From NCBI GenBank assembly GCA_964533495.1, contig CAZHJU010000009.1:25041-89040 (forward strand): DNA of 64,000 nt, given 5' to 3'. How positions within the stretch are numbered: position 1 is the first letter of the stretch; each line of letters begins with the position of its first letter. The notes beneath the pieces are model-generated. The model was not told the DNA's origin, made no database searches, and saw nothing but the letters and a program-made list of their open reading frames with translations. This DNA comes from an uncultured Bordetella sp. GTDB lineage: Bacteria > Pseudomonadota > Gammaproteobacteria > Burkholderiales > SG8-41. A program made the position numbers and the translations under genes. This document shows, one piece after another, positions 39,036 to 48,442 of the stretch.

Positions 39036-40166
39036 ATGGAGAAGATCACCGAAATCGAGATTGCCCCGGTCTGCCTGCCGAGGAAGGAAAGCATCGCGCT
39101 GCGTTACGGCAATGTCAGCACTCTGGGCAACGTGTTTGTGGCGCTGCGGACCCAAGGCGGGCTAGTCGGTTACGGCGAATCCGCGCCCATCCCGCCCACC
39201 TTCGGGGAAACCCAGGGCACCATCGTCGAGATCCTCAGGAACGAACTCGCCCCGCGCCTCATCGGGGAGGATGCCCTGAACATCAACCGATCGATGGCCA
39301 GGCTGGACGAAATTCCAGGTCATTTATGCGCAAAAACGGCCCTCGACATCGCCTTGCATGATCTGAAGGGAAAGGCCCTGGGGGCACCGGTGTGCTCGCT
39401 GCTGGGCGGCGCGTTCAGGCAGGAAATTCCCGTGGCTCAGACAGTGGGCATCGATTCGCTGGAACGGGCAACCGAAAAAGCGCTGGCCGCCGCCCGCGAA
39501 GGTTTCCCTTCCCTCAAGCTGAAAGGCGGCAGGGATCTCTGGCACGACATCCGTTTCCTGCGCAAAGTGCGCACTGCCCTGGGTGATGATGGCCCCTGGC
39601 TGCGGCTCGACTTCAATCAGGGATGCCGGAACGCCGGCGAATTCTGGAGATACCTGCCGCAGTTGCATGAGCTGAAAATCGACCTTCTGGAAGAGCCGTT
39701 TCCGGCGCGACGCTGGCAGGCCTATCATGAATTGGCCCGGCGTTCGTCCATTCCAGTATGCCTTGATGAATCGCTGATTCTTGATACCGATGCGGCGGCA
39801 CTGGCGCAAAACTTCAATGGCCTTGTCGCAAACATCAAGATCCAGAAAAACGGCGGCCTGCACAAATCCATCCGCCTTGCGCACACCATGTCATCCTTGG
39901 GCATTCCCGTCGTGATCGGCGCGCATCGCGATGCCTGGGTAAGCAACACCGCCGGAATCCATCTCGCGGCATCCATAGAAAATCTCGACTATGCCTGCGA
40001 CGTTCGTTACGCATGGAGTCTGCCCGAATGCACGGCGGTGTCCGGTGGTCCCACGCTGTCGAGGGGAAAAGTTACGGTGCCGAACGCCCCCGGACTCGGA
40101 CTCGAAATTTCCTGGGAAGATCTGACACGCCCCTATTCCGACGGGTCGTTTTTCATAAGACATTGA
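39036..40166 (+). CDS. enolase-superfamily enzyme (MR/MLE or dipeptide-epimerase type)
   Basis: 376 aa with KLKGG, LRLDFNQG, LLEEP and CLDES motifs. Confidence 0.75.
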   Translation: MEKITEIEIAPVCLPRKESIALRYGNVSTLGNVFVALRTQGGLVGYGESAPIPPTFGETQGTIVEILRNELAPRLIGEDALNINRSMARLDEIPGHLCAKTALDIALHDLKGKALGAPVCSLLGGAFRQEIPVAQTVGIDSLERATEKALAAAREGFPSLKLKGGRDLWHDIRFLRKVRTALGDDGPWLRLDFNQGCRNAGEFWRYLPQLHELKIDLLEEPFPARRWQAYHELARRSSIPVCLDESLILDTDAAALAQNFNGLVANIKIQKNGGLHKSIRLAHTMSSLGIPVVIGAHRDAWVSNTAGIHLAASIENLDYACDVRYAWSLPECTAVSGGPTLSRGKVTVPNAPGLGLEISWEDLTRPYSDGSFFIRH

Positions 40167-40210
40167 CAAGAAACGACGTACACCAACTGCCTTTCCGGCA
40201 TAGCCATCTG

Positions 40211-40993
40211 CTACTGCGCCGTCCAGCCGCCGTCGACGGGCAGCAGAGTGCCGGTGACCGGCGCCGCGTCGTCGCCGGCCAGATAACACGCCAGCGCGGC
40301 CACCTGCTCCGCCGTCACGAACCGTTTCGTCGGCTGCGCGGCGAGCAGCACGTCGTTCACCACCTGTTCCTCGCTGAGGCCGCGCGCCTTCGCGGTGTCC
40401 GGAATCTGCTTCTCGACCAGCGGCGTCAGCACGTAGCCGGGGCAAATCGCGTTGCAGGTGATGCCGAAGATCGCGGTTTCCAGGGCGATCGTCTTGGTCA
40501 GCCCGGCGACGCCGTGCTTGGCGGCGACGTAGGCCGACTTGAAGGGCGAGGCGACCAGCGCGTGCGCCGAGGCGATGTTGATGATGCGCCCCCACTGGCG
40601 CCGCTTCATGCCGGGCACGGCGTGGCGGATGGTGTGGAACAGCGCCACCAGGTTGATCGCGATGATGGCCTCCCACTTCTCCGGCGGAAACTCCTCGACC
40701 GGAGACACGAACTGGATGCCGGCGTTGTTGACCAGGATGTCGACCCCGCCGAAGGCCTGCTCCGCGCTGCGCATCATCGCGGCGATTTCTTCCGGACGGC
40801 TCATGTCGGCGCCGTGGTACTCGACACGCACGCCGTGGTCTTTCGCGAGTTTCCCGCGCAAGGCCCCGATCTGCGCCGGATCGCCGAAGCCGTTGAGCAT
40901 CAGATTAGCGCCCCGTGCCGCCAGCGCGGTGGCGACGGCGAGGCCGATGCCGCTGGTCGAACCGGTGACGAGGGCGCTTTTTCCTTTGAGCAT
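40211..40993 (-). CDS. bdhA: 3-hydroxybutyrate dehydrogenase (SDR family)
   Basis: MLKGKSALVTGSTSGIGLAVA (TGxxxGIG), NNAGI, and the YVAAKHG catalytic YxxxK. ATG at 40993 (a GTG at 41002 is also possible). Confidence 0.85.
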   Translation of the reverse strand: MLKGKSALVTGSTSGIGLAVATALAARGANLMLNGFGDPAQIGALRGKLAKDHGVRVEYHGADMSRPEEIAAMMRSAEQAFGGVDILVNNAGIQFVSPVEEFPPEKWEAIIAINLVALFHTIRHAVPGMKRRQWGRIINIASAHALVASPFKSAYVAAKHGVAGLTKTIALETAIFGITCNAICPGYVLTPLVEKQIPDTAKARGLSEEQVVNDVLLAAQPTKRFVTAEQVAALACYLAGDDAAPVTGTLLPVDGGWTAQ

Positions 40994-41064
40994 GGCATGC
41001 ACTCCGGCAGATGATGATGTCGATCATGACGCAAAATGCGGGCAGGCCGGAAGCCCGCGGGCGC

Positions 41065-41107
41065 AAAAAGGCCGGCAGTCATCCCGCGCGGGGACGGCCT
41101 GCCGGCC
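41065..41107 (-). terminator. intrinsic terminator downstream of the peroxiredoxin gene
   Basis: The minus strand has the stem GGCCGGCAG...CTGCCGGCC (9 bp, with an inner CCCGCGCGGG palindrome) followed by CTTTTTG. Confidence 0.5.
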
Positions 41108-41127
41108 CGGTGCCGCCGCCAACCTGC

Positions 41128-41589
41128 TCAGAGCTTGCGCAACTCGGCGAGCATCTCCTCGCTGGTCGGAATCGTGCCCTGCGGATAGACCTTGGTGTAG
41201 CGGATGATGCCCTGGGCATCGACGACGTAGGCGGCGCGCTTGTCGATGCCGCGCTCCTCGTTGAAGATGCCGTAGGCCTTGCCCACCGCACCGTGCGGCC
41301 AGAAATCCGACAGTAGCGGGAACGGCACGCCGCCGAGGACGTCGGCCCAGCCCTTCAGGCTCGGCGCCGGGTCGATGCTCAACTGCAGGATTTCACAGTT
41401 CAGCTTCCTGAATTCTTCGTAGTTCTCACGGAACCCACGGACCTGGTTGGTTCATCCCCCGGTGAAGGCAAAGGGCATGAACGCGACCACGACCGGCCTC
41501 CCCCTGAACGAGGACAGCGTGACCTTCTGGTCGGAATTGTGCGCGGCCAGCGTAAAATCCGGCGCGGCGCCGCCTGCTTGAATTTCCAT
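41128..41589 (-). CDS. AhpE/redoxin-like peroxiredoxin with Sec (UGA 41452..41454) at the peroxidatic position
   Basis: The track ORF tail ...MEIQAGGAAPDFTLAAHNSDQKVTLSSFRGRPVVVAFMPFAFTGG stops at a TGA. The same frame continues TNQVRGFRENYEEFRKLNCEILQLSIDPAPSLKGW... into ORF 41128..41382. FMPFAFTGG-U-T aligns with the FPLAFTG-x-C-T Prx active site. AGGAGA RBS lies before the ATG at 41589. Confidence 0.75.
41418..41439 (-). promoter_or_regulatory. candidate bacterial SECIS hairpin
   Basis: The mRNA sequence CGUGG(G)UUC-CGUGA-GAACUACG forms 8 bp with one bulged G, with GU in the apical loop. It starts 12 nt after the UGA. Confidence 0.5.
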
Positions 41590-41711
41590 GCAAGTTCTCC
41601 TGGTGATTGTCGTAACGGAGCAGCGGGACTGCAAGGCTGCGCGGACAGAATACGCACGCCCGCGGGCGATCGCAATCGCGGCTAACCACCCCGGCGCGGC
41701 CGGTTCCGCGC

Positions 41712-42572
41712 TCAGCGCCGCCGCTCGGCGCGGATCATGTAGAGGCTGCTGGCGACGATCACCGCGGCGCCGGCCCACAGCCATGGCCCCGGCACTTCGC
41801 CCCACACCAGGAACCCAAGCAGCGCAGCCCACAGCAGCGCGGTGTAGCGCACGGGAGCCAGCATCGAGGCCTCGCCCGAGCGCAGCGCTTCGATGATCAG
41901 GAAATGCGCGCCGCCGTTGCTGACGCCGGCGACGACGAACCACAGCACGGCCTCGCTGCCAACCGGCACCCAGCCGAAAGGCAGCGTCGCGAACCCACCG
42001 GCCATCAGGATGATGTTCGACCAGAACAGGATCGAAATCGAGGTGTCGGTGCGCGACAGCAGCCGCGTCAGCACGTCGCGGAACGCATTGATGAAGGCCG
42101 CCGCGACCGGCAGCAGCAGCGCCCAGCGGAAATCCGCGCCGCCGGGCTGCACGACGATCAGCACGCCGGCGAAGCCGCCGAGCACCGCGACCCAGCGGTG
42201 AAAGCCGACGCGTTCGCCGAGCAGCGGCGCCGAGAACACCGCGACGAAAATCGGGCTGGTGAACATGATCGTGATCACCAGCGCCAGCGGCAGCAGCCCG
42301 AGGCTCAGCACGATGCAGGCGGAGCCCGCGATGAACAGCAGCCCGCGCAGCAGCTGCCCGCCGTGGTTGACGACGCGCAGCGCGCCCCAGCCGCTCGCCA
42401 GCATCACGTAGGGCACGATCACCAGCAGCGTCGCCAGTTGGCGCAGCGCGATCACCTGCCCCACCGGGTGCGAGTGCACCAGGTGTTTGGACGCGGCATC
42501 GTTGACGGTCAACAGCAGGATGCCGGCCGCCATCAGCGCCATGCCCTTCAGCATCTGCGCGGGCCCGCTCAT
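41712..42572 (-). CDS. DMT-superfamily (EamA-like) transporter
   Basis: ATG at 42572 (MSGPAQMLKGMALMAAGILLLTVNDAASKHL...). About ten hydrophobic helices in two EamA-like halves. The 604-aa track ORF fuses it to out-of-frame upstream sequence. Confidence 0.8.
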   Translation of the reverse strand: MSGPAQMLKGMALMAAGILLLTVNDAASKHLVHSHPVGQVIALRQLATLLVIVPYVMLASGWGALRVVNHGGQLLRGLLFIAGSACIVLSLGLLPLALVITIMFTSPIFVAVFSAPLLGERVGFHRWVAVLGGFAGVLIVVQPGGADFRWALLLPVAAAFINAFRDVLTRLLSRTDTSISILFWSNIILMAGGFATLPFGWVPVGSEAVLWFVVAGVSNGGAHFLIIEALRSGEASMLAPVRYTALLWAALLGFLVWGEVPGPWLWAGAAVIVASSLYMIRAERRR

Positions 42573-43720
42573 GCGTGCTCCCCGCCCGGCAGCAGCATCA
42601 GCCCCGAGACCACCAGCACGCCGCCGGCGGCGAGCAGGCCGCCAGCCAGACCGGAGCCCATGCCGAGCAGCGCGCCCGCCGCCAGCGGGCCGAGAATTTG
42701 CCCCGATGCGAACGCCGCGGTCATCGCCGCGGTCAGCGGCACGACATGGGCGCCGGCCACCACGCGCGCCTCCTGGATGCTCAGCATGGTGATCACCATG
42801 AAAGTGCCGCCGACGCACAGCGCGGCGACGAGGATCGGCGCGAGGCCGCTCCAGAACACCGGCAGCACGACGCCGAAGGCCATCACGAAATGGCAGGCCA
42901 TCCACAGCCGCCGCGGCGGGCAGTCGCGCAGCAGCACCGCGGAAATCACCGTCGATGCCAGCGCCGCGGCGCCGAACACCGGCCACGCCCAGCCGAACAG
43001 CGCCGGATCGGGAATGATTTCGCGCGCCATCGCCGGCAGGAAAGTCGCCGGGATGATGTAACCGAAACCCGAGGCGCCGAAACAGAACACCAGCAGCGCC
43101 GCCTCGCGGCTCCACGGCACGCGTCCCGTCGCGCGTGGCACGGCGCGATGCGCCGTGCCGGGATCGCCGCGGTAAGTGGTCCACACCGCCGCGGTAACCG
43201 CCAGCGCGAGCAGGCCGAAGGCCAGCCACGCCTGCGCCGACGACGCCTCCGCGCGCATCAGCAGGATGCAGGCCAGGCCCGCGACCATCGTGCCGGCGCC
43301 GACGCCGGCAAAGATGAGACTGTTCAGCACCGGCTGCCGCAGCGCCGCCAGCCGGTCGAGCGCCCACGAAAACGCGAAAATCGCGATCCACGCGTTGGCG
43401 ATGCCGGCCGCCAGGCGCAGCAGCAGCCAGGCCGGATAGCGGTCGGTCAATCCCATCGCCAGCGTCGCGACGGCGATCAGCAGCATGCTGCCGAGCACCG
43501 CCACGTCGTCGCGCACCCGCAGCCACGGCGCCAGCAGCGAGCCGGCGAAATAACCGAGATAGTTCGCGGACGCGAGATAGCCGCCGGAGACCACGGTCAG
43601 CCCGGCGTCGTCCTGCATCATCGGCAAAATGGGCGTGAAGGCGAAACGGCCGATGCCCATGGCCACGGCGAGCGCGGCCATGCCGGCGAATGCGATGCGG
43701 AGCGCGGGAATCTGCGGCAT
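42569..43720 (-). CDS. MFS transporter, YbfB/YjiJ-like
   Basis: ATG at 43720 (MPQIPALRIAFAGMAALAVAMGIGRFAFTPILPMMQDDAGL...SANYLGYFAG). Its stop overlaps the DMT start (ATGA). Confidence 0.75.
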   Translation of the reverse strand: MPQIPALRIAFAGMAALAVAMGIGRFAFTPILPMMQDDAGLTVVSGGYLASANYLGYFAGSLLAPWLRVRDDVAVLGSMLLIAVATLAMGLTDRYPAWLLLRLAAGIANAWIAIFAFSWALDRLAALRQPVLNSLIFAGVGAGTMVAGLACILLMRAEASSAQAWLAFGLLALAVTAAVWTTYRGDPGTAHRAVPRATGRVPWSREAALLVFCFGASGFGYIIPATFLPAMAREIIPDPALFGWAWPVFGAAALASTVISAVLLRDCPPRRLWMACHFVMAFGVVLPVFWSGLAPILVAALCVGGTFMVITMLSIQEARVVAGAHVVPLTAAMTAAFASGQILGPLAAGALLGMGSGLAGGLLAAGGVLVVSGLMLLPGGEHA

Positions 43721-43753
43721 GGAGCGGCGAATATAACCGATTCGGGGCTTCGT

Positions 43754-43790
43754 CAATTTTATCAATAAAAACAAATACTTATGATATCAT
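43754..43790 (-). repeat. copy of the dispersed AT-rich intergenic motif
   Basis: The reverse complement is ATGATATCATAAGTATTTGTTTTTATTGATAAAATTG (core 13/14). It lies 34 nt upstream of the MFS start and points toward it. Confidence 0.7.
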
Positions 43791-43871
43791 CCCGCAGACA
43801 CGCCGTGCCCGCGCTGGCAACTTCGACGCCGGTGACGTAAAAGCACAGCCTGCCTTTCACGGAAATCCCGC

Positions 43872-44087
43872 ATGAGCTCCAGTTCCATCACGCCCGGCCG
43901 CTACCGCCACTACAAGGGCAACGAATACGAAGTGATCGGCGTCGCGAAACATTCCGAAACGCTGGAGGCGATGGTGGTCTATCGCCCGCTCCACGGCGAA
44001 GGCGGCCTGTGGGTGCGCCCGGCCGCGATGTTCGCAGAAGATGTCGTCGTCGACGGCCGCAGCCGGCCCCGTTTCGGAAAACTCTGA
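43872..44087 (+). CDS. DUF1653-like small protein
   Basis: 71 aa with the GRYRHYKGNEYEVIGVAKHSETLEAMVVYRPL pattern I associate with DUF1653. Confidence 0.65.
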   Translation: MSSSSITPGRYRHYKGNEYEVIGVAKHSETLEAMVVYRPLHGEGGLWVRPAAMFAEDVVVDGRSRPRFGKL

Positions 44088-44088
44088 C

Positions 44089-44982
44089 ATGGGCATCAAC
44101 TGGTTTCCCGGCCACATGGCCATCGCCGTCGACAAGATCAAGAAGGCGATGGCCGATCACGACGTGGTGATCGAGGTGCTCGACGCGCGCTGCCCGATGG
44201 CGAGCGGCAACCCGCTGGTCGAATCGCTGCGCATGGCGCGCCAGCGGCCCTGCCTGAAGGTCCTGAACAAGGCCGACGCCGCCGATCCGCAGGCGACGCC
44301 GCAGTGGATCGCCCGTTTCAACGCGCTGAAAAACACCCACGCGATCGCGATCTCGGCGAAAAAACCCGGCGACGCGCAGAAGATCGTCGCCGCCGCGAAG
44401 AAACTCGCGCCGCACCGCGACGACAACCTGAAGCCGCTGCGCATGCTGATCATGGGCGTGCCCAACGTCGGCAAATCGACGCTGGTCAACGCCCTGCTCA
44501 AACAGCGCAAGGCCAAGGTCGGCGACGAGCCGGCGATCACCAAGGCGCTCGCGCGCTACGACCTGTCGCCGACCGCGAGCCTGACCGACACCCCGGGCCT
44601 GATGTGGCCGAAGATCGACCACCCCGACGACGGCCTGATGCTCGCCGCCAGCCACAGCATCGGCATCAACGCCTACATCGAATCGGAAGTGGCGATATTC
44701 CTCGCGGAACTGCTGCTCGCGCGTTACCCGAAGCTGCTGGCCGCGCGTTACGCCACGCCGGCCGATGGCGGCGGGCTGGACGGCGTCGGTGTGATCGAAG
44801 CGGTCGCGGCGAAACGCGGCTTCCGCGTGAAAGGCGGCGGCACGGATTTCGAGAAGGCGGCGGTGACGCTGCTCAACGACTACCGCAGCGGCGCGCTGGG
44901 GCGGATCAGCCTGGAGACGCCGGCGTCGCGCGCGGCGAGGCCGGCCATAACCGGCGGCGAAGAACCGGAAAATCAGCCGTAG
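44089..44982 (+). CDS. ylqF: ribosome biogenesis GTPase YlqF/RbgA
   Basis: MGINWFPGHMAIAVDKIKK... It has circularly permuted GTPase motifs (LNKADA before GVPNVGKST, then DTPG). Confidence 0.85.
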   Translation: MGINWFPGHMAIAVDKIKKAMADHDVVIEVLDARCPMASGNPLVESLRMARQRPCLKVLNKADAADPQATPQWIARFNALKNTHAIAISAKKPGDAQKIVAAAKKLAPHRDDNLKPLRMLIMGVPNVGKSTLVNALLKQRKAKVGDEPAITKALARYDLSPTASLTDTPGLMWPKIDHPDDGLMLAASHSIGINAYIESEVAIFLAELLLARYPKLLAARYATPADGGGLDGVGVIEAVAAKRGFRVKGGGTDFEKAAVTLLNDYRSGALGRISLETPASRAARPAITGGEEPENQP

Positions 44983-45114
44983 GGTGGGCAAAGCGCAGCG
45001 TGCCCCCCTGCACTTGCTGCCCGGGAACGATGAAAAATCCGCAAGAGAAATTTCCCGGGAACAAATCCGGCGACGCATTTCCCGCCGCGCCGTGATCGCC
45101 CGGCGGGTTTTTCT

Positions 45115-46437
45115 TCAGATCGCCCGCAGCACCCGCGGCAGGCACAGGTGCAGCAGCAGGCCGCGCAGGCCGAGAAACACCGCCACCGCGCCCCACAGCC
45201 CGGCGTTGCCGAACACCGGCATCGCCGCGAACAGCACGGCGAGGAACACCAGGAACGACACGACCACGGTGTTGCGCATGATCCGCGTGCGCGTCGCCGC
45301 CAGGTAGACGCCGTCGTAGGTGTAGGCCCAGACGCCGATCAGCGGCAGCAGCGCCGGCCACAGCATCCAGGCCTCCGCGGTTTCCCGCACCTCGGGAATT
45401 CCGGTCAGCAGCGCGATGATCGCCGGTCCGGCGGCGAGGTACACCGCCACGTTCAGCACGGCCACCAGCCCCGCCCACAGGAACACCACGCGCATGTTGC
45501 GGCGGAAGGCCTCGCGGTTGCGGCGCCCCACCGACTCGCCGAGGATGGCTTCGGCGGCATGGGCGAAGCCGTCGAGCCCGAACGAAGTGAACATCAGGAA
45601 GTTGTGCAGCACCTGGTTGGCCGCCAGCGGCAGGTCGCCGAGCTCCGCGCTTTTCGCCATGAACACCGCCATCACCGACACCACGCAGAAGGTGCGCAGC
45701 ACGATGTCGGTGTTGATCGCGAGCATGCGCCGGATGCGCGCGCCGTCGAGCACGCGGCCGCGCCGGCCGTCGTCGGGCAGCGCGCGCAGCACCCGCCGGA
45801 CGCAGAACAGGCCGACCGCGAAGCCGGAGTACTCCGCGATCAGCGAGGCCGCCGCGACGCCCGGCACGCCCCAGCCGAGGCCGAACACGAACAGCACGCT
45901 CAGGACGATGTTGACGCCGTTGGTCGCAAACAGGATCACCAGCGGCAGGCGCGCGTCGCGCATGCCGTAGAGCCAGCCGACGATGGCATAGCTGCCGAGC
46001 ACCGCCGGCATCGCCCACACGCGGATCAGGAAATATTCGCTAGCATGGAACTCGACCTCGGCGCTGGCGTCGATCAGCCATAGCGCGGCGCCGAGGACCG
46101 GCAGCTGCAGCGCCACCAGCACGCCGCCGATCGCGCCGGCCAGCAGCAGCGCGCGGCCGAGCATCGCCCGCACTTCGGCATGGTCGCCGGCGCCGCGCGC
46201 CTGCGCGGTCGGGCCGGTGGTGCCCATGCGCAGGCAGTTGAACAGGTGGTAGATGAAATTGAACAGCATCGCGCCGATCGCCACCGCGCCGAGGTAGTAC
46301 GGCTCGGGCAGGTGCCCGACCACGGCCGTGTTCACCGCGCCGAGCAGCGGCACGGAGATGTTGGCGAGGATGATCGGCCCGGCCATCGCCCAGACCTGGC
46401 GATGCGGACCCGCGGCAAATGTCGGTTTGGAAGTCAC
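45115..46437 (-). CDS. MATE-family efflux transporter
   Basis: 440 aa with 12 predicted helices and a DinF/NorM-like N-terminus (VWAMAGPIILANISVPLLGAVNTAVVGHL). Confidence 0.85.
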   Translation of the reverse strand: MTSKPTFAAGPHRQVWAMAGPIILANISVPLLGAVNTAVVGHLPEPYYLGAVAIGAMLFNFIYHLFNCLRMGTTGPTAQARGAGDHAEVRAMLGRALLLAGAIGGVLVALQLPVLGAALWLIDASAEVEFHASEYFLIRVWAMPAVLGSYAIVGWLYGMRDARLPLVILFATNGVNIVLSVLFVFGLGWGVPGVAAASLIAEYSGFAVGLFCVRRVLRALPDDGRRGRVLDGARIRRMLAINTDIVLRTFCVVSVMAVFMAKSAELGDLPLAANQVLHNFLMFTSFGLDGFAHAAEAILGESVGRRNREAFRRNMRVVFLWAGLVAVLNVAVYLAAGPAIIALLTGIPEVRETAEAWMLWPALLPLIGVWAYTYDGVYLAATRTRIMRNTVVVSFLVFLAVLFAAMPVFGNAGLWGAVAVFLGLRGLLLHLCLPRVLRAI

Positions 46438-46527
46438 GGGCCGCCGGATTTTAACCGTTGCGGCCCGCGCTGCAGCGCTGTTTCAGGAAACCGGAAAACC
46501 CGGACGGCCCGCGGAGCCGCCCGGCGC

Positions 46528-47430
46528 TCAGGCCTGCGGCTTCGCGCCCTTGATCTGGGTGCGGTAGAGCAGGCGGCGTTCGCCCGGATCGAAGGCCGTG
46601 CGCTTGTGCATCACGCAGCGGTTGTCCCAGATCAGCAGGTCGCCGACGCTCCATTTCTGGTACCAGGCGAACTCGTCGCGCGTGGCATGCGCCCACAGCC
46701 GGTCGAGCAGCGCCTCGCTGTCCTCGAGGCTCATGCCCACGACGTAACCGAAGGGCCGGCGGCCGAGGAACAGCGCCTTGCGGCCGGTGACCGGATGGCG
46801 GATCACCGCGGGATGGACCGCGCCCGGCGCCTCGCGCGGATCGGTGACGGCCTGGAAGCCCGCGCGCAGGTCGCCCGCGCTGTTGCGGCTGGAATCATGC
46901 TTGATCATCCTGCCTTCGATGGCCGCCTTGAGATCGGCGGGCAGCGTCTCGTAGGCGTGGTACATGTTGAGGAATCCGGTCTTGCCGCCCTCCTTCGTGA
47001 CTTCCATCGCATACAGCAATGCGCCGGTGGGCGTGATCGCGTTGTAGGACATGTCGGTGTGCCACACCGCCTCGCCATAGCCGAGGCTGCCGATCGACTC
47101 GCCTTCGACCTTGATGTTCGACATCACCGCCATGTGCGGATAACCCTCGACCCAAGGCTTGCCCTTGGTGTTGATCGGCGCCTTGTCGAGTTCGCCGAAG
47201 CGGCGGCTGAAGTCCTGCAACTGGTCCTTGCTCAGGTTCTGCCCGCGGAAACGCAGCACCAGGTGTTTCATCCACGCGTCGTGGATCTGCCGGAACTGTG
47301 CGTCGGACAGCGGCAGCGTGAGGTCAAGGCCGATGATGTCGGCGCCGACCTGCTGGCCGATGGGTTCGACGGTGATGGCGCCGGACTGGGTGACGGTGCG
47401 GGCGCCGGCTGCGGTGGCGGTCACGGACAT
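46528..47430 (-). CDS. TauD/TfdA-family Fe(II)/2-oxoglutarate dioxygenase
   Basis: 300 aa with WHTDMSY (HxD), a distal His in WDNRCVMHKR, and RLLYRT. Confidence 0.85.
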   Translation of the reverse strand: MSVTATAAGARTVTQSGAITVEPIGQQVGADIIGLDLTLPLSDAQFRQIHDAWMKHLVLRFRGQNLSKDQLQDFSRRFGELDKAPINTKGKPWVEGYPHMAVMSNIKVEGESIGSLGYGEAVWHTDMSYNAITPTGALLYAMEVTKEGGKTGFLNMYHAYETLPADLKAAIEGRMIKHDSSRNSAGDLRAGFQAVTDPREAPGAVHPAVIRHPVTGRKALFLGRRPFGYVVGMSLEDSEALLDRLWAHATRDEFAWYQKWSVGDLLIWDNRCVMHKRTAFDPGERRLLYRTQIKGAKPQA

Positions 47431-47657
47431 GGGGTTCCTCCTCGGAATCGGGTTTTCAGGAATCAGCGATGCAGGCGATGGTGATGCGGATGCAGATACG
47501 CGGATGCGGCTCGGCCGGCATTATGGCACAGATTATTAATAATCGATAATCCTCCGGCAAAACCGGCACCGGCGCTATACTCGCGGCGCGGCAGAAAAGC
47601 CGCCATCCCGCTGAATTCCGATCCCGCCGGTTAACAGGAGCCGATGAGCAGAAACCA

Positions 47658-48362
47658 ATGAGCGCAGGCACCGACAACATGCTGAACCGGACGCTGCCCG
47701 AAAAAATCGCCGAAACGCTGGCCGAGCGCATCATCGACGGCCGCCATCCGCCGTGCTCGCGTCTGGTCGAGGCCGTGCTGTCGGAGGAATTCGGTTCCAG
47801 CCACGGCCCCGTGCGCGACGCACTGCGCCTGCTGCAAAGCGCGGGCCTGGTCACCATCCTGCCCTACCGCGGCGCGGTGGTGACCGACGTTTCCGTGCGC
47901 GAAACCCGCGAACTCTACCAGGTGCGCGCCGCGCTGGTCGGCCTGCGCGCGCGCTGGATTGCCGAGGATCCGCAGCGCGAGGAACTGCTCACCAGGGTCG
48001 CCGAACCGATTGCGCAACTGCAGAAGCTTGCCAGCCGGGATGCCGAAGCCTATACGCGCACCGCGCTGCTGGTGAACCGCAACTTCACCGAAAGCCTGAC
48101 CAATCGCTGGCTGCGCACGACGCTGGCCTCGCTGATGCTGCAGACCAGCCGCTACACGCGGCTCGCGCTGGCGTCGGCGGAACACCGGCGCTACTCGGCC
48201 CGGCAGTGGCAGGCGCTGTTCGACGCCATCAGGACGGGCAACGGGGAGCGCGCCGAAGAAATCGCCGCGGCGCTGTCGCAGGCGACGCGCGACCAGGCGA
48301 TCCGTTCGCTCGAACAGGCCCCCGGCAGGGCAACTGCGCGCCGGAAAAAAGCGGCGGCCTGA
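47658..48362 (+). CDS. GntR-family transcriptional regulator (FCD C-terminal domain)
   Basis: N-terminal wHTH (LPEKIAETLAERIIDGRHPPCSRLVEAVLSEEFGSSHGPVRDALRLLQSAGLV) and a helical C-terminal domain. Confidence 0.85.
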   Translation: MSAGTDNMLNRTLPEKIAETLAERIIDGRHPPCSRLVEAVLSEEFGSSHGPVRDALRLLQSAGLVTILPYRGAVVTDVSVRETRELYQVRAALVGLRARWIAEDPQREELLTRVAEPIAQLQKLASRDAEAYTRTALLVNRNFTESLTNRWLRTTLASLMLQTSRYTRLALASAEHRRYSARQWQALFDAIRTGNGERAEEIAAALSQATRDQAIRSLEQAPGRATARRKKAAA

Positions 48363-48399
48363 AACGCCGGCCACCGGGGTCCGGCCCGGCATCCGGGTT

Positions 48400-48442
48400 T
48401 CAATAAATTATCAATAAAATCAATTATTTATTGATGATATCC
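48400..48442 (-). repeat. copy of the dispersed AT-rich motif (overlaps a gene 3' end)
   Basis: It contains ATCAATAAAATCAA, the exact reverse complement of the TTGATTTTATTGAT core, at 48411..48424. It lies between convergent genes and supplies the last codons (..IINK*) of the quinone oxidoreductase. Confidence 0.65.

Noticed and set aside
41712-43526. The 604-aa ORF that suggests a single large membrane protein.
   Set aside because: Only the last 286 codons (from the ATG at 42572) look like a DMT transporter. The upstream part is the out-of-frame shadow of the MFS gene 42569..43720, which has its own convincing frame.
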